A stretch of DNA of 64,000 nucleotides from the NCBI GenBank assembly GCA_002919235.1, contig PKEX01000029.1, forward strand, positions 48,583 through 112,582. The letters run 5' to 3'. The translations under genes were made by a program, and so were the position numbers. How positions within the stretch are numbered: position 1 is the stretch's first letter; each line of letters opens with the position of its first letter. Below are positions 19,417 to 28,974 of this stretch, piece after piece. Under the pieces are notes generated by a model. It was not told the DNA's origin. It searched no databases and saw only the letters and a program-made list of their open reading frames with translations. Source of the stretch: Clostridia bacterium (GTDB lineage: Bacteria > Bacillota > Limnochordia > DTU080 > RSA5).

Positions 19417-20148
19417 CTACCCTGTCCCAGCGTCCAATTGGACTGATTGTTTCAGCGCCGCAACCTCAGACTCCTTCAAGAATCTGAACTTCCCCGGAGG
19501 AAGATTTCCCAGGCGGAGCGGACCGTAGGCGATGCGGATCAGCCGTCGCACCGAAAGGCCCACCGCCTTGGCCATCCGGCGCACCTGGCGGTTGCGCCCT
19601 TCGTGGATGCCGATCTCAAGCCAAGTCCCGTCTTCTCGCCGGGAGAGGACCTGGACCCGGGCCGGCGCCGTCATGCCGTCGTCCAGCATGACCCCCTCCC
19701 GCAAGCGCTTGAGCGCTGCGCCGGTCACCTTCCCTGCCACGCACACCCGGTACACCTTGACCACTTCAAAGGATGGATGCATGAGGCGGTGAGCCAGCTC
19801 CCCGTCGTTGGTGAGCACGAGGAGCCCTTCGGAGTCGTAGTCGAGGCGGCCTACGGGAAAGAGCCGCTCCGGGACGCCGGGGACGAGGTCCAGCACCGTC
19901 GCGCGGCCCTGCGGGTCCCTCAAGGTGGTGACGACGCCCCTGGGCTTGTGCAGCATGAGGTAAACCAAGCGCGGGAAGACCACGGGCCGGCCGTCCACTT
20001 CGACCCGGTCCGTGGCAGGGTCGACGCGGACGCCGAGTTCGGTAACCACCTGGCCGTTCACCCGGACGCGGCCCGAGGCGATCAGCTCTTCGGCCCGCCG
20101 GCGGGACGCGATCCCGGCCCGGGCGATCACCTTTTGAAGCCGTTCCAT
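19417..20148 (-). CDS. rluB: 23S rRNA pseudouridine synthase RluB
   Basis: 243 aa. S4 domain followed by the RsuA/RluB catalytic core (HKPRGVVTT, GRLDYDSEGLL). Confidence 0.92.
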   Translation of the reverse strand: MERLQKVIARAGIASRRRAEELIASGRVRVNGQVVTELGVRVDPATDRVEVDGRPVVFPRLVYLMLHKPRGVVTTLRDPQGRATVLDLVPGVPERLFPVGRLDYDSEGLLVLTNDGELAHRLMHPSFEVVKVYRVCVAGKVTGAALKRLREGVMLDDGMTAPARVQVLSRREDGTWLEIGIHEGRNRQVRRMAKAVGLSVRRLIRIAYGPLRLGNLPPGKFRFLKESEVAALKQSVQLDAGTG

Positions 20149-20233
20149 ACCAATCCCTTCGCACAGGCACGCGGGCTAGCGCCATTATAGCACAGCGCCC
20201 GCCGGCGCTGGCAAGGAACGGCCCGGGCGAGGA

Positions 20234-20653
20234 TCACTCAAGGTCCGGGTGCTGGCGGTAGCTGCCGTTGCCCCCCCGCGCCCCCACCATCGAGCGCACC
20301 TGGTCCAGAACGTGCGGGGCGAGGTCGATCAGCCGGTCGAGGACGACGTTGCTGTCGACGGGAAGGAGGCGCACCTCCCCTTGCCCGACGACGAGGAACG
20401 CCACGGGATTCACGGAGATGCCGGCGCCGCTGCCCCCGCCGAAGGGAAACTCGGCGCCTCCCGCCTTGCCCCCGGCCTCGTACTCCGTGCCGCCCGCGGC
20501 AAAGCCCAGGCTGACCCGGGAGACGGGGACCACCACCGTGCCGTCGGGGGTCTCCACCGGGTCGCCCAGGATGGTGTTGACGTCGACGATGGCTTTGATG
20601 CTCTCCATGGCGGTCTGCATCAAGCCCTCGATGGGGTGGCGCATCTCCTCCAC
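20234..20653 (-). CDS. ytfJ: spore protein YtfJ (GerW family)
   Basis: 139 aa with a Gly-rich central region and the conserved IEGLMQTAMESIKAIVDVNTILG N-terminus. Confidence 0.85.
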   Translation of the reverse strand: MEEMRHPIEGLMQTAMESIKAIVDVNTILGDPVETPDGTVVVPVSRVSLGFAAGGTEYEAGGKAGGAEFPFGGGSGAGISVNPVAFLVVGQGEVRLLPVDSNVVLDRLIDLAPHVLDQVRSMVGARGGNGSYRQHPDLE

Positions 20654-20659
20654 GGCCTG

Positions 20660-21244
20660 TCACTCCCTCTGTGCGATGGCCCGCGCGGCGCGGGCGCCAC
20701 GGATAATGTCACCGAGGGTGAACCGGAATATGCAGGAGATTTCGAAGGCCAGCACCGTGCGGCGGTAGTCGGGGAGCACCCGGATCTCCGGCCGCCGCAA
20801 GAAGGCGCGCTCCCGGGCGAGGAAACCCACCAAGGCGGATTTGAGGGCCCACAGCACACCGGTGAGAACGGCGGTCGCGGCGGCGTCCCCCGTGCCCAGC
20901 TCCGTCCGCCATTCAAGCCTTTCGATCACCCGGAGAGCCGGCCGCAGCCGCCGGAGAATGCGCCGCACCCGCTGGATCGGGGCGGCGGGCCCGGAAGGCG
21001 GCGCCGTGCCCGGGCGGGCCCGGGCGCTGCCCGGAGCGCGCGCCGCCGGCCTGCCGTCGCGCCCGCCCAGGGGGATGCGGGCCGTGAGCGGACCCGCGCC
21101 CAGCACCAGCACGAGACGGGCCGCTTCCTCCCCGCGTGCGCTGCGGTAGCTGAAGCCGAGGCGGAGCGGCAGCCACAGCGCCGCGGCGGCCAGCAGGAGA
21201 AACGAGACGGCCAGCGCCGGCCACTGCCAGGACGTGGCAGCCAC
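20660..21244 (-). CDS. ytfI: DUF2953 (YtfI-like) membrane protein
   Basis: 194 aa with an N-terminal TM segment, sitting immediately upstream of ytfJ as in the conserved ytfI-ytfJ pair. Family assignment is from synteny and composition. Confidence 0.6.
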   Translation of the reverse strand: MAATSWQWPALAVSFLLLAAAALWLPLRLGFSYRSARGEEAARLVLVLGAGPLTARIPLGGRDGRPAARAPGSARARPGTAPPSGPAAPIQRVRRILRRLRPALRVIERLEWRTELGTGDAAATAVLTGVLWALKSALVGFLARERAFLRRPEIRVLPDYRRTVLAFEISCIFRFTLGDIIRGARAARAIAQRE

Positions 21245-21301
21245 CTCCCAACCTTGTCCAAGACTTTCGCGATTATCCTTTCCTGCCGGCTGCGGCAGTT
21301 C

Positions 21302-21871
21302 TCACTCGCCGGCAAATTCAAGTTTGGGCTGGGGGTCCTCGTCTTGGGGAGACGAATTCAAGGGGGGCAAGTCGGCCAGGCTTCGAAGGCCGAAGCGGAC
21401 GAGAAATTCCTGGGTGGTGCCGTAGAGGATGGGCCGGCCCGGGCCGTCGGAGCGCCCCTTCTCCTCCACCAGGCCCCGCTCGATGAGAGAGGCGATGGCT
21501 GACTCTGCCCGGACGCCGCGGATGGCTTCGATCTCCGGACGGGTGATGGGCTGCCGGTACGCGATGATGGCCAAAGTTTCGAGAGCCGCCTGGCTCAGCG
21601 CGCCCGACCGGGTAGTCCGGCCGAGGGCTTCGACGAAGGAGGCGTACTGCGGCTTGCTGCACAGCCGCACTCCCCCGCCGACTCGTTCCAAGAAGAAGCC
21701 TCGCTCCTCGTGAGCGTACTCCTCCTCGAGCTGAAGGAGGAGGCTTTGCACCTGCGCTTCGGAGATCGCGAGGATGACGGCGAGCTCTTCTACGGGGACG
21801 GGATCCGGGGCGCAGAACAGGACCGCTTCAAGCGCCGCCTTCTTGGAGCCCGTGGACGCCTTCGCTTTCAC
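21302..21871 (-). CDS. scpB: segregation and condensation protein B
   Basis: Two winged-helix repeats (ALEAVLF..., LETLAIIAYRQPITRPEIEAIRGV). GTG start preferred with RBS GAGGAG. The start is uncertain (track 21916) and overlaps the scpA 3' end. Confidence 0.85.
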   Translation of the reverse strand: MKAKASTGSKKAALEAVLFCAPDPVPVEELAVILAISEAQVQSLLLQLEEEYAHEERGFFLERVGGGVRLCSKPQYASFVEALGRTTRSGALSQAALETLAIIAYRQPITRPEIEAIRGVRAESAIASLIERGLVEEKGRSDGPGRPILYGTTQEFLVRFGLRSLADLPPLNSSPQDEDPQPKLEFAGE

Positions 21872-22607
21872 GTTCAAGCAGCTCCTCGCTTCGGGTTTCG
21901 ATGACGATGGGAGCAAAGGGCCGCTCCTGGCGGGCGACGACCACTCGCTGGCGCACCAGTTCCAGCAGTGCGAGGAAGGTCGCGATCACCTCGGCGCGGC
22001 TGGCCGCGCCGCGAAAGAGCTGGTCGAAGCGGACTTTCCGCCGGCGGGCAAAAAAGCGTCGGAGCTCAGCGACGCGCTGGGCCACGTCCACCTTGGCCCG
22101 GGGAATCGGAATGGGCTTGGGGGGCTTGTACCCGTCGAGAAGCTTTTGAAAGGCCCGCGCGAGATCGGCTACCGTGAGCCCGCCGGTGGGATCGGTGTAA
22201 TACACTCTCGCCGCTTGAGGCCGGAACACCTCGGGCCGCGGGAAAAGCGCCCAGCGGCCCTCCCCCCTCCGGGCCAGTTCCTCCGCGGCCTCTTTGAAGA
22301 GCTTGTACTCGAAAAGCGCCGTGGCCAGGTCCAGCCGGGGGTCTTCCTCGTCCTCGTCCCCGGCGGCTTCGGGGCGGGGGAGCAGCATCTTGGCCTTGAT
22401 GTAGAGCAGCCGGGCCGCCATGACCAGAAACTCGGCGGCCACGTCGATGTTCAGCTGCTGCAGCGTATCCAGGTACGCGAGGTACTGATCCGTGAGCCGC
22501 GCGATGGGGATGTCCCAAATGTCGATCTGCTCTTTCTCGACCAGTTGGTAGAGGAGCTCGAGAGGCCCCTCGTACACCTCGAGCTGGACGCGGTAAGCCG
22601 GTTCCAT
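21828..22607 (-). CDS. scpA: segregation and condensation protein A
   Basis: 259 aa. VYEGPLELLYQLVEKEQIDIWDIPIA N-terminus and ScpA kleisin core. Confidence 0.9.
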   Translation of the reverse strand: MEPAYRVQLEVYEGPLELLYQLVEKEQIDIWDIPIARLTDQYLAYLDTLQQLNIDVAAEFLVMAARLLYIKAKMLLPRPEAAGDEDEEDPRLDLATALFEYKLFKEAAEELARRGEGRWALFPRPEVFRPQAARVYYTDPTGGLTVADLARAFQKLLDGYKPPKPIPIPRAKVDVAQRVAELRRFFARRRKVRFDQLFRGAASRAEVIATFLALLELVRQRVVVARQERPFAPIVIETRSEELLERESEGVHGLQEGGA

Positions 22608-22635
22608 CGTCGCCGTTCCTCCCCGCGGCGCCGCT

Positions 22636-23190
22636 TTACCGGTCCGCTTTGACGAACGCCTCGAGCAGGCGCCCGCCTCCCTGCGGGCGGTGATGGCAGC
22701 GGATCAGCTCGACCACTGCCTCCTCGACGCCGAGGAGCTTCGCCATGGCGGCGCCCCGTTCGGCGTGCACGGCGTGGGCGTACAGCGCCCGGCGGAGCCC
22801 GGTGCCGATCCCGCGCCGCGTCCCGTGGACCAGCTCTTGCCGGCCTCGCACCGCCAGCGCGTCGGCCAGGCGCGGGGCAAAGCGCTTCAACAACACGACG
22901 GCGACCCGGTCGAAAAGACCGATGTCGCCGTTGACTTTGCCGATGTCGTGCAGGAGGCCCGCCCGGACCAGGGCGCGCACACTGGCTTCGTCCCGGATCC
23001 CCTCCTCGCGGGCGATCTGGGCCGCCTTCATGGATACCCGGACAGCGTGCACCTGGTCGATCCGGGACATCTGCCAAAAGAGCGCCTCTTCCCAGGGGGA
23101 AAGATGCGCCTTCACCCATTGGATCTCGTCGCCGCGCAGCCCCCGCAAGAGGGCGGCGACGGCCCGGAAAAACTGAGCGACACGGTTCAC
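22636..23190 (-). CDS. HD-domain (HDIG) phosphohydrolase-like protein
   Basis: 184 aa with LLHDIGK and H...HH motifs. GTG start overlaps the lysA stop (GTGA). Confidence 0.7.
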   Translation of the reverse strand: MNRVAQFFRAVAALLRGLRGDEIQWVKAHLSPWEEALFWQMSRIDQVHAVRVSMKAAQIAREEGIRDEASVRALVRAGLLHDIGKVNGDIGLFDRVAVVLLKRFAPRLADALAVRGRQELVHGTRRGIGTGLRRALYAHAVHAERGAAMAKLLGVEEAVVELIRCHHRPQGGGRLLEAFVKADR

Positions 23191-24566
23191 GGCCGACGCT
23201 CCCGGTCTGAGGACGCCACGGCGCGGTCGCGGGCCGCCGCCGCCTCGTCCCGGGCGTCCCGCAGGCGGGCGGGAATGCGGTCGAGGCGGACCAAGTCGGC
23301 GTACGTCTCCCTTTCGACGATGACGTCGGCGGCCCCGTCGGCCACGAGGACCATCGCCGGCCGCGGGATCCTGTTGTAGTTGCTGGCCATGGAGTAGTTG
23401 TACGCGCCCGTGGCAAGCACCGCGAGGATGTCGCCGGGCTCAAGGGGCGGCACCTTGAGGTCCCAGATGAGCATGTCGCCCGATTCGCAGTACTTGCCGG
23501 CGACGCTCACCACTTGGCTGGGCGGCTCGGCCGCCTTGTTGGCCACCACCGCCTCGTAGGAGGCTTGGTACAGCGCCACCCGGGGGTTGTCGGCCATGCC
23601 GCCGTCCACTGCGACATAGGTCCGCAGGCCCGGGATCTCCTTGACGCTGCCCACGGTGTACAGCGTGGTCCCCGCCTCGCCCACGATCGACCGGCCCGGC
23701 TCCACCATCAGCGTCGGCAGCGGAAAGCCGAGCCTTTCCGCCTCCCGCCTCACGGCGGCGGCCAGCTGCTCCGCGAAGAATTTCGGGTCGACGCTGACGT
23801 CTCCTTCGACGTAGCGAATGCCAAGGCCGCCGCCCAAGTCGAGCTCCCGGGGGACAAAGCCGAGGCCCCGGCGGACCTCGTCGAAAAAGCCGAACATCAC
23901 CTGGACGGCCGCCTCAAAAGGCCGCAGGTCGAAAATCTGCGAACCGATGTGACAGTGAAAGCCGGCGAGCTCCACCCGCTCCAGGGCGAGAGCCCTGCGG
24001 GTGGCCTCGTAGGCTTGGCCGCCGGCGAGGCCGAAGCCGAACTTCGAATCGATCTGCCCGGTTTGGATGTACGAGTGGGTGTGGGCTTCGACGCCAGGGG
24101 TGACCCGGAGGAGGATCGAGGCCCGGGCGCCGGAGCGCCGGGTGAACGCGTCCAAAAGCTCCAGTTCGTACAGGTTGTCGACGACGATCCGGTGCACCCC
24201 GTGCTCGAGGGCCATCTGCAGCTCTTCGGGAGATTTGTTGTTCCCGTGGAAGACGATGCGGTCCGCCGGAAAGCCCGCGAAAAGCGCCGTGTAGAGCTCG
24301 CCGCCGGAGACGACGTCGAGGTAGAGGCCTTCTTCTTCGATGATGCGGCAGATGGCGGCGGTGAGCAGCGCTTTACCCGCGTAGACCACTTTGAAGTCGG
24401 GATAGGCGCGGGAAAACCCCTCGATGTACGCCCGGGCCTGCGAGCGCAGGTGCGCCTCGTCCAAGACGTAAAGGGGCGTGCCGAAGCGCCGGGCGAGCTC
24501 CACCGCGTCGCATCCCCCGATGAAGAGGTGGTTTTCCTTCACCGTCATGGTGCCCCGGAGCTTCAA
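23187..24566 (-). CDS. lysA: diaminopimelate decarboxylase
   Basis: 459 aa. Fold-III PLP decarboxylase (YAGKA, EPGR, CESGD motifs). TTG start with RBS GAGGGAGG 10 nt upstream. Confidence 0.93.
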   Translation of the reverse strand: MKLRGTMTVKENHLFIGGCDAVELARRFGTPLYVLDEAHLRSQARAYIEGFSRAYPDFKVVYAGKALLTAAICRIIEEEGLYLDVVSGGELYTALFAGFPADRIVFHGNNKSPEELQMALEHGVHRIVVDNLYELELLDAFTRRSGARASILLRVTPGVEAHTHSYIQTGQIDSKFGFGLAGGQAYEATRRALALERVELAGFHCHIGSQIFDLRPFEAAVQVMFGFFDEVRRGLGFVPRELDLGGGLGIRYVEGDVSVDPKFFAEQLAAAVRREAERLGFPLPTLMVEPGRSIVGEAGTTLYTVGSVKEIPGLRTYVAVDGGMADNPRVALYQASYEAVVANKAAEPPSQVVSVAGKYCESGDMLIWDLKVPPLEPGDILAVLATGAYNYSMASNYNRIPRPAMVLVADGAADVIVERETYADLVRLDRIPARLRDARDEAAAARDRAVASSDRERRP

Positions 24567-24634
24567 AGCACGCGAGCCTCCCTCATCCCGCTGCGCGCCG
24601 GCCGGCTTGCGGCCCGGTCAGCAATTTATGCATT

Positions 24635-24664
24635 ATGTTAGCACAGCGGGCAAACGAGGGTCAA
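24635..24664 (-). promoter_or_regulatory. candidate sigma-A promoter for lysA: -35 TTGACC (24659-24664), 18-nt spacer, -10 TAACAT (24635-24640)
   Basis: An AT-rich patch in the 126-nt gap between spoVAF and lysA. The -10 is imperfect. Confidence 0.3.
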
Positions 24665-24692
24665 CGCGGCGGGAAAAATGCGGACCCGGGGG

Positions 24693-26240
24693 CTAGGCGC
24701 GCCCGTTCCGCCCGCTGCGCCCGTTCTCGGAGCCGTCTGCGGCCGCGCCGCCGTCCGGGCCGGCGCCTTGCCGGCGCGTGGGATCGCTCTTCTTGCCGCC
24801 GAAGAGCGGAGGCCTCTGCCCTACCGCGGGAACGGGAAGACGCAAGAGCACTTTCACCAGGCTGGGGCCGTGAAACGGGACCAGGGGCCAAAGGTACGGA
24901 GCGCCCGCGGAACGGGTGCGGGCCAGGAGCACGAACCCGGCGGCACACCCTGCCAGAAACCCGGGAAGGCCCCCCAGGACCACCAGCCCCAGCAGGAAGT
25001 AGCGGAACAGCCGGATCGCGTATCCGAACTCGATGCTGGGAACGGCGAAGTAGCCGATGGCCGCGACCGACATGTAGAGGATGGTCTCAGGGACGAACAG
25101 CCCCACTTGCACCGCCAGGTCCCCGAGGAGGATGGCGCCGACGATGCCCAGCGACGTGGCCAGGGCGCTGGGCGTGTGGATCAAGGCCATGCGGATCAGG
25201 TCGATCCCGACTTCCAGGAGGACGAACTGCAACGCCAGGGGGACTGGAGGCGCCGCCTCCTTAGGCCCGATAAAGCTGAGCGCCGGCGGCAGGAATTCTT
25301 TCGACCGCACCAGAGCGAGCCAAAGCGGGGGCAGCGCCGCCGCCACGGCAAAGCCCAGGAGCCGGATCCAGCGCAAGTACGTGCCGATGGAGGGGGTCTG
25401 GAAGAACTCTTCCGCATGCTCGAGGAAGTGGAAGAAGGTCACGGGCACCAGCATCGCCATGGGCGTGGTATCCACCAGCAGGACCACGTGGCCTTCCAGG
25501 AGGTGAGCGGCCACCACGTCGGGCCGTTCGGTGTAGCGCACCTTGGGCAGGGGGTTCCAAGGGTTGTCCACCAGGATTTCCTCGAGGTTCTTGGCCCCCA
25601 TGGGCAGGGCGTCCAGGTTGGCTCGCTTGATCCGTCCCTTGATCTCTTCCACCAGCCGGGGATCGGCCAAGTCGGCCAGGTAGCCGATGACCACGTCGGT
25701 CTTGGATCGGCGGCCCACCTTGAGCGCTTCGAACCGGAGCGAGGGGTCCCGCAGGCGGCGGCGGATCATCGCCGTATTGAAGACGATGGTCTCCACCAGC
25801 CCCTCGTGGGAGCCCCGGGTCACCCGCTCGAGGTCGGGCTCTTCGATGCTCCGCACCGGGTACTCCCGCACGTCGATGGCGATGGCCTGCCGCTCCCCCT
25901 CGATGAAGAGCACGGCGGGGCCCGAGAGGATCTCGATGACGGCCTGGTCGACGCTGTCGACCACGTCCACCTCGAAGTACGGAATCACCCGCTCCAGCAG
26001 TTTCCCCACGGTCCCGGGGACGGTGTCGCCCCGCTCTACCCACTGGAGCGCCTGGATGACGTCGGCGGTCACCTTGTCCTTGAGGAAGCCGTCGACAAAG
26101 AAGAGGACGGCCCGTTTCCCGCCGACCTCGATCTCCCGCTCCAGGATGTCGAAGGTGATGCCGACTCCCAGGCGCCGGCGCACTTCCTCCAGGGTTTCGT
26201 CGAACTTCTTTCCTATAGGCGTTTCGGTGGTCCGGTTCAC
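24693..26240 (-). CDS. spoVAF: stage V sporulation protein AF (GerA-family)
   Basis: 515 aa. GerA-type N-terminal soluble domain plus a C-terminal multi-TM domain, sitting directly upstream of lysA as in B. subtilis. Confidence 0.85.
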   Translation of the reverse strand: MNRTTETPIGKKFDETLEEVRRRLGVGITFDILEREIEVGGKRAVLFFVDGFLKDKVTADVIQALQWVERGDTVPGTVGKLLERVIPYFEVDVVDSVDQAVIEILSGPAVLFIEGERQAIAIDVREYPVRSIEEPDLERVTRGSHEGLVETIVFNTAMIRRRLRDPSLRFEALKVGRRSKTDVVIGYLADLADPRLVEEIKGRIKRANLDALPMGAKNLEEILVDNPWNPLPKVRYTERPDVVAAHLLEGHVVLLVDTTPMAMLVPVTFFHFLEHAEEFFQTPSIGTYLRWIRLLGFAVAAALPPLWLALVRSKEFLPPALSFIGPKEAAPPVPLALQFVLLEVGIDLIRMALIHTPSALATSLGIVGAILLGDLAVQVGLFVPETILYMSVAAIGYFAVPSIEFGYAIRLFRYFLLGLVVLGGLPGFLAGCAAGFVLLARTRSAGAPYLWPLVPFHGPSLVKVLLRLPVPAVGQRPPLFGGKKSDPTRRQGAGPDGGAAADGSENGRSGRNGRA

Positions 26241-26309
26241 CGGCTGCCCCTCCCGGCCCGAAAAAGGACCCAGGCCGGCGGCCTGGGCCGAAGGTTTGCC
26301 GGGCTGCTC

Positions 26310-26651
26310 TCAGCGGACCGCCGTCGGTACGAAGAGGTCGATGATCCCGATGACGAACGCCGCGAGCAGCGCCCCGAAGACGGTGACGTGCATGCCCGGC
26401 ACGATGAACTGGGCCGCCCAGATCACCACCGCCGAGACGATGAACCCGACAAGCCCCCGCCGGAAGGGGGAGACTCCTTTGCCCAACGTGGACTCGGCCA
26501 CCCAGCCCAGCGCCGCGATGACGACGGCCGCCAGCAGCGCGTTGAAGAAGTTCATCGTGCTAAATCCCGGAAGGAGGAAGCCGACGAACATCAGCACCAG
26601 GGCGGATACGATGAAACGGACGATAGTCCCGAGCCAGTCCAACCCCATCAC
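26310..26651 (-). CDS. DUF360 / phage-holin-4_2-like small membrane protein
   Basis: 113 aa with four TM segments. Two repeated LLPGF / IVPGMHV motifs match the PGxxV pattern of the YvlD/DUF360 family. Confidence 0.6.
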   Translation of the reverse strand: MMGLDWLGTIVRFIVSALVLMFVGFLLPGFSTMNFFNALLAAVVIAALGWVAESTLGKGVSPFRRGLVGFIVSAVVIWAAQFIVPGMHVTVFGALLAAFVIGIIDLFVPTAVR

Positions 26652-26742
26652 CTCCCGTCTGCCGGTTTCAAGCCCACCCGTAGTGTGGCGGGCGGGGGAA
26701 ATACCTATCCCTGCGCCGGGCTGACAGATTTGGGCGGCCGGC

Positions 26743-27093
26743 TCACCCTTTGGGATGGAACAAGAGGCCCATGAGAAATCCGAGGATAATGGCGGCGGCC
26801 ACGGCCGCGCCCGCCTGCGAGAAGATGCCGTTGAGGAGCCCGAAAAGGCCCATTTGCTCCAGGTGCATGATGGCGCCCCGGGTAAGGACGAAGCCGAAGT
26901 TGGAGACGGGGATGGTCGCTCCCGCGCCGCCGATGCGGATGAGCGGCTCGTAGAGGCCCAGCGCGGTGAGGACGGCTCCCAGCACGACGAAGATCACCAT
27001 CACGTGGCCCATGGTAAGCCGCGTCCGGTCGTAGAGGGTCTGTCCCAGCGCGCACAGGGAGCCGCCGACGAGAAATGCCAGAAGGTAATCCAC
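26743..27093 (-). CDS. spoVAE: stage V sporulation protein AE (SpoVAEB-type)
   Basis: 116 aa: MDYLLAFLVGGSLCALGQ...GAGATIPVSNFGF..., a paralog of SpoVAC. Confidence 0.88.
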   Translation of the reverse strand: MDYLLAFLVGGSLCALGQTLYDRTRLTMGHVMVIFVVLGAVLTALGLYEPLIRIGGAGATIPVSNFGFVLTRGAIMHLEQMGLFGLLNGIFSQAGAAVAAAIILGFLMGLLFHPKG

Positions 27094-27120
27094 CGCCTGT
27101 TCCCTCCTGTCCCTCGCGCT

Positions 27121-28191
27121 CTAAACCGCTTCCAGCGCGACCGCATGGCAGATGGCCGGGATCGCTTCGCCTTGCTTGCTGCTGACCGGGCTGTGCAAGG
27201 CACCGGTCGGCGCGAACAGGATCCGCCGCCAGCTGCCGTTCATCATGCCCCGGTAGAAGTGCGCGCAGAACACCCCGGCGGAGCACGCCGCGCCGCTCCC
27301 GCCCGCGTGGACGTCTTGCCGGGCCCGGTCGTAAAGCAGCAGCCCGCAGTCTTGAAACCGGTCCTTCACGGCGAGGCCCTTGGACTCGAGGAGGTCCGCA
27401 GCGATGCGCTGCCCCACCGCTCCCAGGTCGCCCGTGACGATGACGTCGTAGTAGGAAGGGGGGACGCCGAAGTCCTTGAAATGCGTGGCCAGCGTGTCAA
27501 CCGCCGCCGGCGCCATGGCTGTCCCCATGTCGTAGGGATCCTTCACCCCGACGTCGATCACTTCCCCGAGGGTGGCCCCGGTGATCCGGACCCGGCCGGC
27601 GCCCCCGGCGAAGGGACTGCCGGGATACCCCAGCATTACCGCAGCCGCCAGGGTGGCCGTCCACTGGGCGGTGGGAGGACGCTGTACCCCTAGTTCCGTG
27701 GGAAAGCGGAACTGCCGTTCGGCAGCATCATGGTGTGACGAGACCGCGACCACCGCGTGCGCGGCAAAGCCGCCTTCGAGGAAGGCGCTGGCGGCGATCA
27801 GGCCCTCGGCGAAACTGGCACACGCCGAATAGAGGCCGAAGTGGGGCACGGCGAGATCGCGGGCGGCGTAGCTGCCGGCGATGCACTGGGCGAGGAGGTC
27901 GCCGGTGAAGAGGACGTCGACGTCGGATTCGGCGGCGCCGGCGGCCTGGATGCAGTGGACGATGGCCTCCCTCAGCATCTTGCTTTCGGTCTGTTCCCAG
28001 CACCGCTCGCCGTAAAACGTATCAGGGATGACGGTATCGAAGGCCCGGCCCAAGGGGCCTTGCCCTTCCATCGGCCCAGCTACGGTAAAAGTGGACAGGA
28101 CGGAGGGGCGGCCTGGGAAGACGAGGCTCCGCCGGCCTACCCGGTGCTTGGCGTGGATCGCGCGCATGGCGGTTCCGGACGCTTGGCCCAA
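27121..28191 (-). CDS. spoVAD: stage V sporulation protein AD (thiolase-fold, DPA-binding)
   Basis: 356 aa, collinear with B. subtilis SpoVAD (AGPMEGQGPLG, ERQFRFPTE, GGSGAACSA). The start is uncertain: TTG at 28191 or ATG at 28167. Confidence 0.9.
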   Translation of the reverse strand: MGQASGTAMRAIHAKHRVGRRSLVFPGRPSVLSTFTVAGPMEGQGPLGRAFDTVIPDTFYGERCWEQTESKMLREAIVHCIQAAGAAESDVDVLFTGDLLAQCIAGSYAARDLAVPHFGLYSACASFAEGLIAASAFLEGGFAAHAVVAVSSHHDAAERQFRFPTELGVQRPPTAQWTATLAAAVMLGYPGSPFAGGAGRVRITGATLGEVIDVGVKDPYDMGTAMAPAAVDTLATHFKDFGVPPSYYDVIVTGDLGAVGQRIAADLLESKGLAVKDRFQDCGLLLYDRARQDVHAGGSGAACSAGVFCAHFYRGMMNGSWRRILFAPTGALHSPVSSKQGEAIPAICHAVALEAV

Positions 28192-28193
28192 GG

Positions 28194-28658
28194 TCAGCCC
28201 CCCGTCCCGAGCACGAGATAGCGCACGGCCGCCGAGAGGAACGCCGCCAGCACGCCGTACACGATGACCGGCCCGGCTACCACGAACATCTGGGCGGCCA
28301 TGCCCAGGACGTACCCTTCACGTGCGAACTCCATCGCCGGGGCGACGATGGAGTTGGCAAAGCCCGAAATGGGGATGGCCGAGCCCGCCCCGGCGAACCT
28401 GCCCAAGGAGTCGTACACGCCGAGGCCGGTCAAGAGGGCTCCGACGGCGATGAGCGCCGCCGCCATGCGCGCCCCGGCCTCCACGTCGTCAAGCCCTTGG
28501 GCGACAAAGGCGGAGTGCAGCACCTGGCCTGCGGCGCAGATGGCCCCGCCGACGAAGAACGCCGCCAGGAAGTTGCGCAGGTACGGCGGGCGCGGCCGGT
28601 ACCGGGCAGCGTCCCGCGCATAGCGGCTCTTCGCGTCGTCTGGCACCTTGGAGCTCAC
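28194..28658 (-). CDS. spoVAC: stage V sporulation protein AC
   Basis: 154 aa. FLAAFFVGGAICAAGQ...GAGSAIPISGFANSIV conserved SpoVAC core. Confidence 0.9.
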   Translation of the reverse strand: MSSKVPDDAKSRYARDAARYRPRPPYLRNFLAAFFVGGAICAAGQVLHSAFVAQGLDDVEAGARMAAALIAVGALLTGLGVYDSLGRFAGAGSAIPISGFANSIVAPAMEFAREGYVLGMAAQMFVVAGPVIVYGVLAAFLSAAVRYLVLGTGG

Positions 28659-28689
28659 GGGCGGCCCCTCCCCTAGCGGCGCTCTCCGG

Positions 28690-28893
28690 TCAGTTTTCCA
28701 CCACGAAGGCCACGTGCACGTCGGCCCTGTAGGTCTGGATCGAGTCGCCCTTCACTTCGCCGGTCCAGTTTTTCACTTCGACGCCCGTGATGTTGCGCAC
28801 CGTCTTGGCGGCCTCTGCCACGGCGCTCCTCACCGCGTCCTCCCAGGAGTGTTCGGACTGGCCCACCAGTTCGATCACCTTGACCACCGGCAT
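28690..28893 (-). CDS. dodecin-family flavin-binding protein
   Basis: 67 aa from the internal ATG. MPVVKVIELVGQSEHSWEDAVRSAV...VEVKNWTGEVKGDSIQTYRADVHVAFVVEN aligns residue-by-residue with bacterial and archaeal dodecins. RBS GGAGG 10 nt upstream. It lies 31 nt upstream of spoVAC. Confidence 0.8.
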   Translation of the reverse strand: MPVVKVIELVGQSEHSWEDAVRSAVAEAAKTVRNITGVEVKNWTGEVKGDSIQTYRADVHVAFVVEN

Positions 28894-28943
28894 CGCGCTC
28901 ATTCCTCCCTAGAAGCGTGGTTCGCTGCGGGACTGTCCTGAGG

Positions 28944-28974
28944 TAGTATGCCCCGCTCCCCGCCCTGTATGATG
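28944..28974 (-). promoter_or_regulatory. forespore-type (sigma-G/F-like) promoter candidate: perfect -10 CATACTA (28944-28950) with a weak -35 TCATA/GCATC region (~28968-28974)
   Basis: In the 81-nt gap upstream of dodecin-spoVAC. CATACTA fits the sigma-G -10 consensus CATxhTA. The B. subtilis spoVA operon is sigma-G dependent. Confidence 0.35.

Noticed and set aside
24567-24692. Lysine riboswitch (L-box) upstream of lysA
   Set aside because: The gap is only 126 nt, too short for a ~180-nt L-box, and no conserved L-box motifs were seen.
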